A stretch of 39,837 bases of DNA, taken from UHGV virus genome UHGV-0025829, one strand, 5' to 3'. Under the pieces are notes generated by a model. The model ran no database searches. It saw only the letters and a program-made list of their open reading frames with translations, and had not been told where the DNA came from. Of this stretch, positions 1 to 9,149 are shown one piece after another. Source of the DNA: a virus. How positions within the stretch are numbered: the first letter of the stretch is position 1; the number at the start of each line of letters is the position of its first letter. A program made the position numbers and the translations under genes.

Positions 1-74
1 ATGAAGTGAACGGTATTTCCCGCGTGGTGTATGACATCAGCGGCAAGCCGCCAGCTACCATTGAGTGGGAATGA
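1..74 (+). CDS. guaA: Host gene 3-prime end (partial CDS), probably GMP synthase C-terminus
   Basis: Frame 3 reads ...EVNGISRVVYDISGKPPATIEWE then TGA at 72..74. I recall this as the GuaA C-terminus; recalled, not verified. Confidence 0.45.
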   Translation, partial: EVNGISRVVYDISGKPPATIEWE

Positions 75-76
75 TT
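60..76. repeat. attL core candidate (ATTGAGTGGGAATGATT)
   Basis: Identical 17-mer recurs at 39565..39581; covers the last codons and stop of the host CDS; integrase gene lies 190 bp to the right. Confidence 0.6.
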
Positions 77-121
77 AACAGCTAACTCATAGCAACTCAT
101 TCCTATTCAGATACTAATTTA

Positions 122-153
122 ACCCTCTGTTTTTACAGAGGGTTTTTGTTTTT
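122..153 (+). terminator. Rho-independent terminator, phage-side copy resembling the host terminator at 39609..39636
   Basis: 9-bp stem ACCCTCTGT/ACAGAGGGT, loop TTTT, then T-tract. Confidence 0.6.
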
Positions 154-209
154 ATGTATTCATTTCTATTCACTCTACACCATATTTTTCGGCGGTACAG
201 GTGACGGTA

Positions 210-224
210 TTACCTTAAAGGTAT
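210..224. promoter_or_regulatory. Operator-type palindrome TTACCTTAAAGGTAT upstream of integrase
   Basis: Matches the recurring TTACCT-N3-AGGTAA motif with one mismatch; about 45 bp upstream of the int start. Confidence 0.45.
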
Positions 225-266
225 ACTCTCATACCGTCATGAAAATGGTTTTTATACGGGTGAATT

Positions 267-1523
267 GTGCTTACCGATACAAAATTAAAAAACCTCAAGC
301 CACAGGACAAACTGTACAAAGTTTCCGATCGTGACGGGCTGTATGTAGCTGTGCTTACGTCAGGTACGGTCTCGTTTCGCTATGACTACCGTATCAACGG
401 TCGCCGCGAAACACTGGTAATCGGGCAGTATGGGCGTGACGGTATCAGCCTGGCAGAAGCGCGAGAAGAACTGATTGCTGCAAAGAAGCTGCTTAAAGCA
501 GGCCAGTCGCCGGCTGCGGCTAAACGTGACGGTATCAAAAAGATTCGTGGTGCCGAGACGTTTGCGGTACATACCGACAGTTATATGAAACACGTCATCC
601 TGGCTGAAAGTACCCGCGCAATGAAGCAGGCGGTGATCGACCGTGACATACTTCCGGTTCTTGGCAACAAAATGATGGCTGAAATTACCACATCGATGGT
701 TCGTGATTTGTGTGACCGGATTGTCGAACGCGGTGGTCGGGCAACAGCAGTACAGGCCAGGGAGATCATCAGCAGCGTATACCGTCACGCCAATGACCGT
801 GGTCATGGTTTGTTTAATCCTGCTGCTGACATTAAACCTTCGTCTATCGCCATATTTAAACCACGAGAGCGAACACTGACACCAGAAGAAATTGGTCTGT
901 TCTTCCGCACGCTGGATGCCATTGGTGCTATGGGCACTATGAAAATGGCTTTAAAGCTGGTGCTTATCACTATGGTTCGTAAAGGCGAATTCACCAATGC
1001 AACGTGGGATGAAATAGATTTTAAAAAATGGACATGGACAATTCCTTCAGACCGCATGAAGGGAAGCCGGGCGCATGTTATTTACCTGCCTAAACAGGCT
1101 CAGGATATATTGGTCGGGTTGCAGATGTGCGCTGGTGGAAGTGAATATCTGGTTCCTGGTCGTTACAATTTCAGGAAGCCATTATCTAATGCCGCGCTGA
1201 ACTCTCTGATCGACAGAACGGTGAAAATAATAAATGAAGATGGTGAGCATATTCAGGACTTCACCGTACACGATATGCGCCGTACAGCCAGTACGTTGTT
1301 GCATGAGGCTGGTTATCCTTCAGACTGGATTGAAAAGGCTCTGGCACATGAGCAGAAAGGTGTGCGCGCCGTATATAACAAAGCGGAATACGCCAGACAG
1401 CGCGCCTACATGTTGCAGCAGTGGTCCGATATGATTGATTCCTGGATTAACGGGGAGCATACGGATCTGATTCCGTTCTCCCCGTCGAAGTTTGAGAGGT
1501 GGATGGAAGGCAGTAATAAATAA
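267..1523 (+). CDS. int: Tyrosine recombinase / phage integrase (P4-like, with N-terminal arm-binding domain)
   Basis: GTG start; N-terminus LTDTKLKNLKPQDKLYKVSDRDGLYVAV is typical of P4-family integrases; C-terminal catalytic region with HDMRRT and Y-containing tail. Confidence 0.85.
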   Translation: MLTDTKLKNLKPQDKLYKVSDRDGLYVAVLTSGTVSFRYDYRINGRRETLVIGQYGRDGISLAEAREELIAAKKLLKAGQSPAAAKRDGIKKIRGAETFAVHTDSYMKHVILAESTRAMKQAVIDRDILPVLGNKMMAEITTSMVRDLCDRIVERGGRATAVQAREIISSVYRHANDRGHGLFNPAADIKPSSIAIFKPRERTLTPEEIGLFFRTLDAIGAMGTMKMALKLVLITMVRKGEFTNATWDEIDFKKWTWTIPSDRMKGSRAHVIYLPKQAQDILVGLQMCAGGSEYLVPGRYNFRKPLSNAALNSLIDRTVKIINEDGEHIQDFTVHDMRRTASTLLHEAGYPSDWIEKALAHEQKGVRAVYNKAEYARQRAYMLQQWSDMIDSWINGEHTDLIPFSPSKFERWMEGSNK

Positions 1524-1525
1524 TT

Positions 1526-2185
1526 CTATCCTTCCTGGACTTTGGTAAGCGTCAGATTTCCGCAGAACACTGCGCCGGTGTCGATGTACATCTGGTTTGC
1601 ATACACCAGTGGGTGATGTGCTGGCGTATGACCGAAGATGAACAAATCGGCACCGGTTATCTCCGAGACAATACCGTCCTGCGCGTCGCTAACCCGCTCA
1701 CGATTCCATATCACCATTTCTTCCGGTACTGGCTTATCGAATGCGTATTCGTTGTGCGGGTAGTCTGCGTGGCAGATGACGACCTTCTTATTGCCGGTAA
1801 CCAGTTCGATAATCATCGGGAGGTTGGTAATCTTTGGCAGAAGGTATTTGAGTTGCACATCCTGCTCAGAATCAAGTTGGTGCCACCATCCACCGCCGTT
1901 TGACATCCAATGTCCGAAACTTCCGCCGTTGACCAGTGCATCCAGCATCATCTGCTCATGGTTGCCACGAACAGCTCGGAACCACGGCATAGTAATCAAA
2001 TCCAGGCATTCGACGTTTTCAGCGCCGCGGTCAACAAGGTCACCAACGGAAATAAGCAAATCGCGCGCCGGGTCGAATGAAACTTTGTCGAGTTCGTTCA
2101 TCAGCAGCGTGTAGCACCCATGCAGATCGCCGACGACGAAGATATTGCACCAGTCATCGCCATTGATGCGTTGATATAGGTTCAT
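1526..2185 (-). CDS. Ser/Thr protein phosphatase (lambda PPase / NinI-like, metallophosphoesterase)
   Basis: Motifs [15 protein letters not shown] and RGNHE; start ATG (MNLYQRING) overlaps the upstream stop as ATGA. Confidence 0.8.
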   Translation of the reverse strand: MNLYQRINGDDWCNIFVVGDLHGCYTLLMNELDKVSFDPARDLLISVGDLVDRGAENVECLDLITMPWFRAVRGNHEQMMLDALVNGGSFGHWMSNGGGWWHQLDSEQDVQLKYLLPKITNLPMIIELVTGNKKVVICHADYPHNEYAFDKPVPEEMVIWNRERVSDAQDGIVSEITGADLFIFGHTPAHHPLVYANQMYIDTGAVFCGNLTLTKVQEG

Positions 2186-2832
2186 GCTACACGCTCCCGC
2201 CCCTGGTTGTCTGTTGGTGACAGCGGAGCATTGCTGAATGCATTTGTTAATCTGGCAATATCCAACGCGTATCCAGGGTGTAGTTGCACTGCTGGGTCTT
2301 CGCACTGATTACCCCAAACATCGAAGCCATGAGACGACTGGCGGGCGAACAGTTCAATGCGAGAAACATCGCCTAACAATTGCACAAGTTTTTCACGAAC
2401 GACATCTGGTTTTCTTGAATGCTCAAGCCGCGGTGCGGTAAATGACTGAACGATACCTGCATTAATGCGCGGAGGTAGTTTTCCCTTTACTGCAAACAGG
2501 CAATCTTCACTATTGGCGCGAGTCATGTGACCCATACCCATAACCAGTTTATCTGGTTGTCGACTACCACATTTTATCCACGTGAATCCCTTCATGGTCA
2601 TCAGACGGAATCCCCAGGCTTCAACAACTTTTAGTGCTTCGAGTGGTTGTGTTGGCACCCACCACATGGCCAACAGACAGTTTTCATCGGCCAAATCCCA
2701 CACAGGAAGGCGGCAGATATCCAGCACACTCATAACCGGATATTTAAAACCGGCACCGCGATTACCATCTGCGGCTTTGTCCCGGTATACCCAGGGTGGA
2801 TCTGCATAGATTAGTGTGTATTTCTTAGTCAT
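2182..2832 (-). CDS. DNA N6-adenine methyltransferase, MT-A70 family
   Basis: LIYADPPW motif near the N-terminus; GGGGTGG Shine-Dalgarno before ATG at 2832. Confidence 0.75.
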   Translation of the reverse strand: MTKKYTLIYADPPWVYRDKAADGNRGAGFKYPVMSVLDICRLPVWDLADENCLLAMWWVPTQPLEALKVVEAWGFRLMTMKGFTWIKCGSRQPDKLVMGMGHMTRANSEDCLFAVKGKLPPRINAGIVQSFTAPRLEHSRKPDVVREKLVQLLGDVSRIELFARQSSHGFDVWGNQCEDPAVQLHPGYALDIARLTNAFSNAPLSPTDNQGRERVA

Positions 2833-3091
2833 AAACCACCCCACAACATCCTATGCCGCTATAGTCGCCACGGCGAAGGCCGTTACCTTTTGTGATACAT
2901 TGGTCCCTGCGAACCGCGATCCTTGCACGCTCAACATCACCAGAAGCAACATCCATACACTGAAGCCAAAGGTTGGCGGCAATGCGGAACTGCCCTTTTT
3001 TCTCTCTTTCAATCGCGCGTTTTTCGATCTCTATCGCCGCAGGAGAAACGGCAACAACCTTTGAAGGGCTGCGCATTGAAACCTTGTTCAT
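2825..3091 (-). CDS. Hypothetical small protein
   Basis: ORF overlapping the MTase start by 8 nt; start uncertain (ATG at 3091 or 3076). Confidence 0.35.
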   Translation of the reverse strand: MNKVSMRSPSKVVAVSPAAIEIEKRAIEREKKGQFRIAANLWLQCMDVASGDVERARIAVRRDQCITKGNGLRRGDYSGIGCCGVVYD

Positions 3092-3233
3092 GTGATATTT
3101 TTCAAGTCTGCTTAACTTTCTCACTTAATCCAACCCTCTCTGAAAATTAATGCCAGCAGATAAAGCCATGCTGAAACAGAGGCCAAGAATAAGTACCATC
3201 ATGACCATTTGCTCCAGTGCCTTAGCAGCGCAC

Positions 3234-3482
3234 TCATGCAGCGTTGCTCACAGGACGATAGACACGTTGCTGAACAGGAGGTTTTTTACCCTGGAACTCT
3301 GCCGGGCTTGCTGCCTGACGTTCATCAAGCCAACGCTCAACTTCATCACGGTTCCATGCGCAGCGTTTATCGGTGATATACCAGCGTTTAGGAAATTCCC
3401 CTGCGCGCTCCATACGGTCGATAGTGCTCCATGACAGTGGAACCACCGCCAGGAGTTCCTTCTTACCTAATGCACCTTTCAT
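3234..3482 (-). CDS. AlpA-family HTH regulator / excisionase-like protein
   Basis: Short protein with LSWSTIDRMERAGEFPKRWYI...WNRDEVERWL pattern typical of AlpA/Xis; good SD (GAGAGGT). Confidence 0.7.
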   Translation of the reverse strand: MKGALGKKELLAVVPLSWSTIDRMERAGEFPKRWYITDKRCAWNRDEVERWLDERQAASPAEFQGKKPPVQQRVYRPVSNAA

Positions 3483-3531
3483 AAATACCTCTCTTGGTTG
3501 CAGTGCGGCGCGCGTGGCGCCGCGGTGGTGG

Positions 3532-4473
3532 TTACATAGATGTTTCGTTTAATTCTTCCCGACGAACGCTGTAAACGTCGGTGGCTTTTGCCAGCAGTTC
3601 GTCATCATCTGAAAGTTTTTGTGCAATGTATTTGTAAGCCTTATCCAGTTCGGAGACAGTGCTGTAATTCATCGCTGCGCTGGTAAAGGCCATCAGCATT
3701 TCTTCTGGATCACGGCTATCCGATTTACGCGTTTGCTCATCAGGCTTTTTCGCTGGTTTAGCGTTGATCAGACTGTTCATTCCCGCAGCAGTGGTCGTTT
3801 GCGGAGTAATGTCTCGCTCAACGCGCGGTGCCGTTTCCTGTAATTCGTCTGGGGTGTAGACGCCCATGATTACGTCAGGACAGTGCAGGCGAGACCAGCG
3901 TTTTGTCGCAAGGTATGCGAGTTGTTGTTTCGGATCACTGGCCCAAAGTGTGGAGTTTCTTACCTGTGCTTGAGACAGCATTAACTCAAGCACTCGAGGT
4001 TGATCCTCGCCCTTCATGGTTGCCCATACGCGAACACCGCAGCCTTCTTCGTCTTTTAGAGTCCAGCCTGGTGCGATATATGGATTGCCGTTTTTGGATG
4101 TTTTCTCAACAAACTTACCGATCACGCGTTCCCACGGCCCAAACCACTCGTAGTTGATGCGATCTTTTGTTGGCGACATCGTTGAGATAACTGCGTTTAC
4201 TAATTGGGCTTCATAACCTAGCGTGCCGTTCACAACATGGGTTTTCTGAGCCACGGCAAACGGGTTCATTCCCCACTGCGCAGCCTGCATTGCCACGGCC
4301 ATGCAATCAGCTGGTTTCCCGGCGAGGTGCGCCGGTACCGTTACGCGGCTTTGCGCCATTACCTCGGCGAATTTCATCAGTTGGTTCAAGCCGTCTGGGC
4401 TGAAAATAGTTGCAGCAGTTCCAGCGATTGCTGTGTCTACTGGTGCGTTGATGTTTGCGATGTCGTTGCTCAT
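3532..4473 (-). CDS. recT: RecT-family single-strand annealing recombinase
   Basis: RecT-like central region (AQWGMNPFAVAQKTHVVNG...); ATGA overlap with the upstream nuclease gene. Confidence 0.75.
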   Translation of the reverse strand: MSNDIANINAPVDTAIAGTAATIFSPDGLNQLMKFAEVMAQSRVTVPAHLAGKPADCMAVAMQAAQWGMNPFAVAQKTHVVNGTLGYEAQLVNAVISTMSPTKDRINYEWFGPWERVIGKFVEKTSKNGNPYIAPGWTLKDEEGCGVRVWATMKGEDQPRVLELMLSQAQVRNSTLWASDPKQQLAYLATKRWSRLHCPDVIMGVYTPDELQETAPRVERDITPQTTTAAGMNSLINAKPAKKPDEQTRKSDSRDPEEMLMAFTSAAMNYSTVSELDKAYKYIAQKLSDDDELLAKATDVYSVRREELNETSM

Positions 4474-5291
4474 ATGTACATATCCTGTTTGCGTGCCCAC
4501 TCAGGGCGTTTAATGATTTCCACACCGCCCCATTCATCATTGATGCGGCATTCGTGATAGGTATTCAGATCCCGGCGGAACAGAGCGTGCCCGGCATCGA
4601 CATCCTGCGCATCCAGCTCGAACACGCGTACCGGATACCGACCACAATCAATGCTTTCGCTCACGGCAAGAAAGAAAAAACCATGCGGCTGACCAGTAAC
4701 CCTCATTGCGCCTTCGCGGTACATTGCGTCCTGCACGTGGTAGCGGAATTCCTCGATGTGGCGTGCAAAACGGTCCATATCTGCAACCTTTTTCACGTCG
4801 ACGATCACGTTGTGCTCGTTCAGCCATTTGTCTGGACGAATTCGGCACAACTCACCCGTCTCTTCATCGTTCCAGTACATTGATGCTTCGCAGTAACCAG
4901 GTGCTTCCAACATCCAGCGTGCCGCCGGGTGAGCCATTGCGCTATCACGCATCAGCTCCAGTTTCCGCCACTGCTCGGCATCAAGTACCGTAATCCCCAT
5001 ATCCGCCACATCACGAAGAAATGCCTCTTCGTCAGCTTTACCTTGTTTCGTCCGACGATCGAATTTCGGTGAAACAATGAAGCGTTTGTCGAACTCTCTA
5101 GGCTCCAGAAGCAGACAGTGCAATGCGGTTCCCATATCCAGTGCAGACTTTTTCTCTTCGTCTTCTGGTGCTGCCTGAACCCATTTAAGAAGCGCCGGAT
5201 TCTTGGCAACCATGTCCAGTTGCGACTTACTCACGCCGTCACCGGCGTGGTAGTCCTCATTGCTGATGTCGAAATAGATGCCAGTATTCAT
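4470..5291 (-). CDS. RecE-like PD-(D/E)xK exonuclease
   Basis: Immediately upstream of and translationally coupled to recT; RPD...VDVKK nuclease motif; N-terminus resembles the RecE C-terminal nuclease domain (recalled). Confidence 0.6.
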   Translation of the reverse strand: MNTGIYFDISNEDYHAGDGVSKSQLDMVAKNPALLKWVQAAPEDEEKKSALDMGTALHCLLLEPREFDKRFIVSPKFDRRTKQGKADEEAFLRDVADMGITVLDAEQWRKLELMRDSAMAHPAARWMLEAPGYCEASMYWNDEETGELCRIRPDKWLNEHNVIVDVKKVADMDRFARHIEEFRYHVQDAMYREGAMRVTGQPHGFFFLAVSESIDCGRYPVRVFELDAQDVDAGHALFRRDLNTYHECRINDEWGGVEIIKRPEWARKQDMYI

Positions 5292-5494
5292 AACTTAACC
5301 TTGTATTCGTTCTGCTTGTTGGAACGGGTTCCATCGTGGAAATATATTGCGCTCCTGGTTACCTCTACCCATTTGCGACGTTCAAGCTCAGCGATGAACC
5401 AAGAAACCTTCGATCTTGAGATACCAAGAATCTTTGCCATATCTCGGATGCTGTGTTTTCCACCTCGCAGCAATGAGAGGAGTGTTGGTTTCAT
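5288..5494 (-). CDS. Small winged-HTH DNA-binding protein
   Basis: 68 aa, DMAKILGISRSKVSWFIAELERRKWV HTH-like segment; ATGA coupling on both sides. Confidence 0.5.
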   Translation of the reverse strand: MKPTLLSLLRGGKHSIRDMAKILGISRSKVSWFIAELERRKWVEVTRSAIYFHDGTRSNKQNEYKVKL

Positions 5495-5790
5495 GCCGCG
5501 TCCCTCTGCCCATCAAGCTGATCAGCCAGATCCCAGCGGGCGATAATTGCCATTGCCTCGCGCCGGTAGGCATCCATTAGTTCTTCGAACTCAGGGCTGT
5601 CTTTAGCGGCCTCCAGTACTTCCTGGCGAACGCCTTTAACTGTTACAACGTCGAAAGTTGATGCCAGTTGATGAAGCCGGATACTCTCAATCAGTTCGAC
5701 TTGTCGGTCATATAGCTGTTCTGACAGGCGGTAGTCCTTGTCGAATTCCAGCATGATTTTTTGAAGATTTTTCTGCTGATTAACGTTCAT
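5491..5790 (-). CDS. Hypothetical early protein
   Basis: 99 aa from ATG 5790 with GGGAGGG SD; coupled to the downstream gene. Confidence 0.5.
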   Translation of the reverse strand: MNVNQQKNLQKIMLEFDKDYRLSEQLYDRQVELIESIRLHQLASTFDVVTVKGVRQEVLEAAKDSPEFEELMDAYRREAMAIIARWDLADQLDGQRDAA

Positions 5791-5807
5791 TATCAGCCCT
5801 CCCATAT

Positions 5808-5945
5808 CTAGTTATCGTTGGCCACATCGCGAGCTTCTTTGCTGACGAAAGCCCACTTAATGCCTTCCTGTAAGGTGCGGAACTTCCAGCTCATGAATCC
5901 GCATGCAGTAACGCAGTACCAACCGTTGATGATTTTCCACTGCAT
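5808..5945 (-). CDS. Small Cys/Trp-rich hypothetical protein (45 aa), first gene of leftward early operon
   Basis: ATG with GAGGT SD; stop overlaps the SD of the next gene; below the 60-aa cutoff of the ORF track. Confidence 0.35.
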   Translation of the reverse strand: MQWKIINGWYCVTACGFMSWKFRTLQEGIKWAFVSKEARDVANDN

Positions 5946-6026
5946 AACTTGTTACCTCGGTCTGTTACCGTTGAGGTAATGATTATGCGTATTTGGTTTG
6001 GTGTCAATAGATATGAGTTAAAAAAA

Positions 6027-6041
6027 TTACCCTTAAGGTAA
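6027..6041. promoter_or_regulatory. Operator palindrome TTACCCTTAAGGTAA (left operator candidate)
   Basis: Perfect TTACC/GGTAA inverted repeat in the leader of the leftward early operon. Confidence 0.6.
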
Positions 6042-6051
6042 TTGTGCAGGC

Positions 6052-6077
6052 AATAAAAAAGCCGCCAGAAGGCGGCT
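6052..6077 (-). terminator. Rho-independent terminator after repressor gene
   Basis: Hairpin AGCCGCC-AGAA-GGCGGCT followed by T-run on the minus strand. Confidence 0.65.
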
Positions 6078-6098
6078 TACTTACTGAAAAATATGATT

Positions 6099-6683
6099 TT
6101 ATTGTTTGTTTTTTTCGTTCTGGTTGATGACAAATTCAATGTAACTTTCGATCTTTGCTTTCTCGGTTTCGGGTAACAATGCGTAGCGCGAGCGGTCATA
6201 GTTGATGGTCGCAGGGTCGTGCGGGTGAATCAGTAATTCATAGCCGTGACGCCCGAATGCGGATGCAACATTCTCCAGGGTGGAAATGGAAACGCTGACC
6301 TCATTGTTTAACAGGCGGCTGATTGTCACCTGGGCGACGCCGGATGCGCGGTGAAGTTTTCCCTGTGTTGAAAGGTCGCGGCTTTCGCTCATCCAGCGTT
6401 CCAGGTTGTGAGCCGCCAGCTGACCTATATCGCTCGGGCCGACAGGCTGAAAACCTTCCTGAGAAAGCGAGCGATCGATATCAAGCCAGTTACGGGGTTT
6501 ATTGGCGGCAGCTTCAATTTTTCGCGCAACCTGGTCGCCGATAACCTTCTTGCCAAGAGCCCAGCGGTTTACCAGATTTGCCTGAGTTCCAAGTTTTTCT
6601 GCCATCCGCGTCTGAACACCATTGAATTCACGGTCGATCAAGTCGTTGAGATTTTGCCTGCGGACGTCCTGGATACTTTTCAT
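6099..6683 (-). CDS. Immunity repressor (CI-like), two HTH domains, no recognisable S24 peptidase domain
   Basis: Divergent from the Cro-like gene with operators between; HTH segments MAEKLGTQANLVNRWALG and ASGVAQVTISRLLNNEVSVSISTL; no Ser-Lys autocleavage motifs seen. Confidence 0.7.
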   Translation of the reverse strand: MKSIQDVRRQNLNDLIDREFNGVQTRMAEKLGTQANLVNRWALGKKVIGDQVARKIEAAANKPRNWLDIDRSLSQEGFQPVGPSDIGQLAAHNLERWMSESRDLSTQGKLHRASGVAQVTISRLLNNEVSVSISTLENVASAFGRHGYELLIHPHDPATINYDRSRYALLPETEKAKIESYIEFVINQNEKNKQ

Positions 6684-6738
6684 TTTCTGGAAAATCGCCT
6701 CATATATGAATCAGTAGATGATTCAATTTAAAGCAATA

Positions 6739-6801
6739 TTACCCAACAGGTAAATGCACCCCATAGGTAACTATCCTTGATTTTTGTTACCTTATGGGTG
6801 A
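6739..6801. promoter_or_regulatory. Right operator cluster: three sites (6739..6753 perfect, 6756..6770 and 6787..6801 half-degenerate) in the divergent promoter region
   Basis: TTACCCAACAGGTAA, GCACCCCATAGGTAA and TTACCTTATGGGTGA between repressor start and Cro-like start. Confidence 0.65.
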
Positions 6802-6837
6802 ATATTTATTATCTGAAATAAATATCAGGCAATAGCT

Positions 6838-7068
6838 ATGAGCGATAACGGACATTTCGATTTCAAAAAGCACTGGCTTGCACTTACTCCGGATGAGCGT
6901 GAAGCCTTCGCACAGGAAGCCGGAACGACGAGTCACTATATCCAGACTCACTTAACAGGTAAGCGCAAAATGCCAGGTAAGGTATTGATGAATGGGCTTT
7001 TTAAAGCCTGTAAAACAAGACAATGGCTGCGCTCAAAAGCAGAACTGGCATACTTCTTCTACTCATGA
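6838..7068 (+). CDS. Cro-like small HTH regulator
   Basis: 76 aa, divergent from repressor, HTH-like segment REAFAQEAGTTSHYIQTHLTGKR. Confidence 0.55.
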   Translation: MSDNGHFDFKKHWLALTPDEREAFAQEAGTTSHYIQTHLTGKRKMPGKVLMNGLFKACKTRQWLRSKAELAYFFYS

Positions 7069-7089
7069 TATCCAGCCACAACCCTCTGT

Positions 7090-7113
7090 AGACCGCCATC
7101 CGGCGGTCTTTTC
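7090..7113 (+). terminator. Rho-independent terminator (tR1-like) after the Cro-like gene
   Basis: Stem AGACCGCC/GGCGGTCT followed by TTTTC. Confidence 0.65.
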
Positions 7114-7123
7114 ATATCTATTC

Positions 7124-7138
7124 GTACCTCAAAGGTAA
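7124..7138. promoter_or_regulatory. Operator-type palindrome GTACCTCAAAGGTAA
   Basis: Motif copy directly after the terminator. Confidence 0.5.
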
Positions 7139-7218
7139 TAAAAAACCAAATATGGTTGATCTTTTTTTTGTGTCAGCACAAAATAACCGTAATCCCAATA
7201 CTAATAACAGGGCTTACC

Positions 7219-7419
7219 ATGGAAATCATTACACGTATTGATGCCGCAAAGCGCGGACTTAAACGCTATTACACCGGAAAACAATGTAAGCACGGACATG
7301 ACAGTGAACGCTGGGTTTACAACGGACACTGTGTTGAGTGCACCATGGAATCAAACCGTCGCATCAGGGCAGAGATTAAGCAGATCATGATTAATTCCTC
7401 CCCACAACACTCAAGCTGA
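7219..7419 (+). CDS. Hypothetical small Cys/His-containing protein (in the position of lambda cII)
   Basis: ATG with SD; 66 aa; C-x-H-x-H...C-x-x-C pattern. Confidence 0.45.
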   Translation: MEIITRIDAAKRGLKRYYTGKQCKHGHDSERWVYNGHCVECTMESNRRIRAEIKQIMINSSPQHSS

Positions 7420-7434
7420 TAGCGGAGATTAATC

Positions 7435-8250
7435 ATGAGCAGACATGCAACAGATTGGGCTTGGGAGACAGATCCAGGCAGCTCATCATTAAAGCTCATA
7501 CTGCTCTCGATGGCTGACAGAGCCGATGAATATAACCTCTGCTACCCCAGCATAGAACGCCTCGTTAAAGACACTTGCCTGAATAAAAAAACCGTGCAGG
7601 CCGGGCTTATATCGCTCATGAAAATGGGGCTTATTTCAGATACCGGAGAGAGAAAGGGAGCGACAAAAAGAGTGCGGGTTTTCTCTCTTAATATAACCAA
7701 AAACGGGAACATTAAAGGCAACCGAGAGGGGGTCAATGAACCCGAAAACGGTAATGTTACCGAAAACGGGAATATACCCAAAAACGGGATGTTGAATGAT
7801 CCCAAAAACGGGATGTTGAATGATCCCAAAAACGGGATCCAGAACCAGTCATATAACCAGTCATTTAACCAAGAGAGGGAGAGCAGGACAAAAAACGGGG
7901 ATTCTGTGCATCATGACCCCGGCGCAAACAACGCCGTGATGAATAACTTTGTTCCTCTTGGTGGGCCAGGGCAATTAGGCAAATTTGTCATGCATGAACA
8001 ATGGCAGCCATCAGATGACTTTCTTCGGAAAAGCTCATTGCAGGGGATCTACCTGGACAGTCTGCCAACGGCACAGGAACTTGCAGAGTTCAGAATTTAC
8101 TGGATGGCTGAGGGTAAGGCATACCATCAGGCACAGTGGGAGCAGAAGCTGGCAAGGCGGCTGCAGATTAGCAGACAGAAGCAATCAACATTACCTGATA
8201 ACAACGTTCCGCACTGGAACAGCCCTGAAGCATGGGAGGATTTCTTGTGA
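7435..8250 (+). CDS. Replication initiator (O-like) with N-terminal winged-helix domain and iteron-bearing linker
   Basis: N-terminus LKLILLSMADRADEYNLCYPSIERLVKDTCLNKKTVQAGLISLMKMGLI resembles phage replication-protein HTH domains; tandem repeats inside the gene. Confidence 0.6.
   Translation: MSRHATDWAWETDPGSSSLKLILLSMADRADEYNLCYPSIERLVKDTCLNKKTVQAGLISLMKMGLISDTGERKGATKRVRVFSLNITKNGNIKGNREGVNEPENGNVTENGNIPKNGMLNDPKNGMLNDPKNGIQNQSYNQSFNQERESRTKNGDSVHHDPGANNAVMNNFVPLGGPGQLGKFVMHEQWQPSDDFLRKSSLQGIYLDSLPTAQELAEFRIYWMAEGKAYHQAQWEQKLARRLQISRQKQSTLPDNNVPHWNSPEAWEDFL
7696..7839 (+). repeat. Iteron array (about six copies of CCRAAAACGGKA at 18 to 24 bp spacing); candidate origin of replication
   Basis: Copies at 7696, 7741, 7759, 7777, 7801 and 7825; two 24-bp units are identical; encodes the PKNGMLND repeats. 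Confidence 0.6.
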
Positions 8251-9032
8251 ACAACGTTTTTACCGCGATACAAAACCGTGACGGAGAAGCCCTTTCTCGC
8301 ATGTCAGGTTATGAGCATCAGTACACCAACAATGACAACGTGGTGAACATGTCAGCAGAGAGGCTTGTTGATGCCCTTTTCAAACAGCTGAAACAACTGT
8401 TTCCGGCGGCAGTGGTAACCAACCTGAAGACGCCAGAGCAGGAAGTTGCTGCAAAACAGCAGTGGATTGCTGCGTTTGCCGAAGGGGGGATCCGAACCCG
8501 TGAACAGGTTTCTGCTGGTATGCGCCACGCCCGCGCCAGTGAGTCTCCGTTCTGGCCGTCGCCAGGGCAATTCATCAAGTGGTGTAAAGACAGCAAGATG
8601 GTTCTTGGCGTCACCATTGACGATGTGATGGCGGAGTTTCACCGGTACAGCAAGGAAAAAAGTTTATATCCTGGTGGTCCCGAAAGATTCCCGTGGCGGC
8701 ATCCGGTTATGTACTGGGTCGTATGTGATACCCGCCGTGCAATGTATCAGCGCCAGCTTAGCGAGATTGAGGTTGAGAAACACGCGCGCAGGCTGCTCGA
8801 TGATTGGGCGAAAAAGGTGGCTTCCGGACAGCAGATACCCGATCCGGTGATCAGCATACAGGCAAAGTCAGAGCCCATGAGTACACCTCCGGACACAGGG
8901 AGAGACGTTTACCATCCACCAGGGCGAAGTTTCGGGTGCATGCCTAACGCCGCCACCCTTGGGGGAATAACACCGGCGCAGTGGCTGATGGAGGAATACA
9001 GGCGGGGAAAGGCGGCAGGATTTATCAAGTAA
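8232..9032 (+). CDS. Replication protein P-like helicase loader
   Basis: Position after the O-like gene; segment AGMRHARASESPFWPSPGQFIKWCK resembles lambda P as recalled; start may be ATG 8232 or GTG 8247. Confidence 0.5.
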   Translation: MGGFLVNNVFTAIQNRDGEALSRMSGYEHQYTNNDNVVNMSAERLVDALFKQLKQLFPAAVVTNLKTPEQEVAAKQQWIAAFAEGGIRTREQVSAGMRHARASESPFWPSPGQFIKWCKDSKMVLGVTIDDVMAEFHRYSKEKSLYPGGPERFPWRHPVMYWVVCDTRRAMYQRQLSEIEVEKHARRLLDDWAKKVASGQQIPDPVISIQAKSEPMSTPPDTGRDVYHPPGRSFGCMPNAATLGGITPAQWLMEEYRRGKAAGFIK

Positions 9033-9069
9033 TACCAGCGCGATAGCGCATTTTTTTACGCCTTGATAA

Positions 9070-9146
9070 TTACCTGATGGGTAACAAAATATTCTAAACT
9101 CTATTGATTTCGTGTCTTATGTGGTTTTTAATTACCTCAGAGGTAA
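9070..9146. promoter_or_regulatory. Two operator palindromes (9070..9084 TTACCTGATGGGTAA; 9132..9146 TTACCTCAGAGGTAA)
   Basis: Both in the 117-bp gap before the 9150 gene; the second overlaps its SD. Confidence 0.55.
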
Positions 9147-9149
9147 ATC

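Noticed and set aside
7777-7839. Tandem direct repeats that could be mistaken for a CRISPR array
   Set aside because: Only two identical 24-bp units with no unique spacers; they are in-frame inside a coding sequence and fit iterons of a replication origin.
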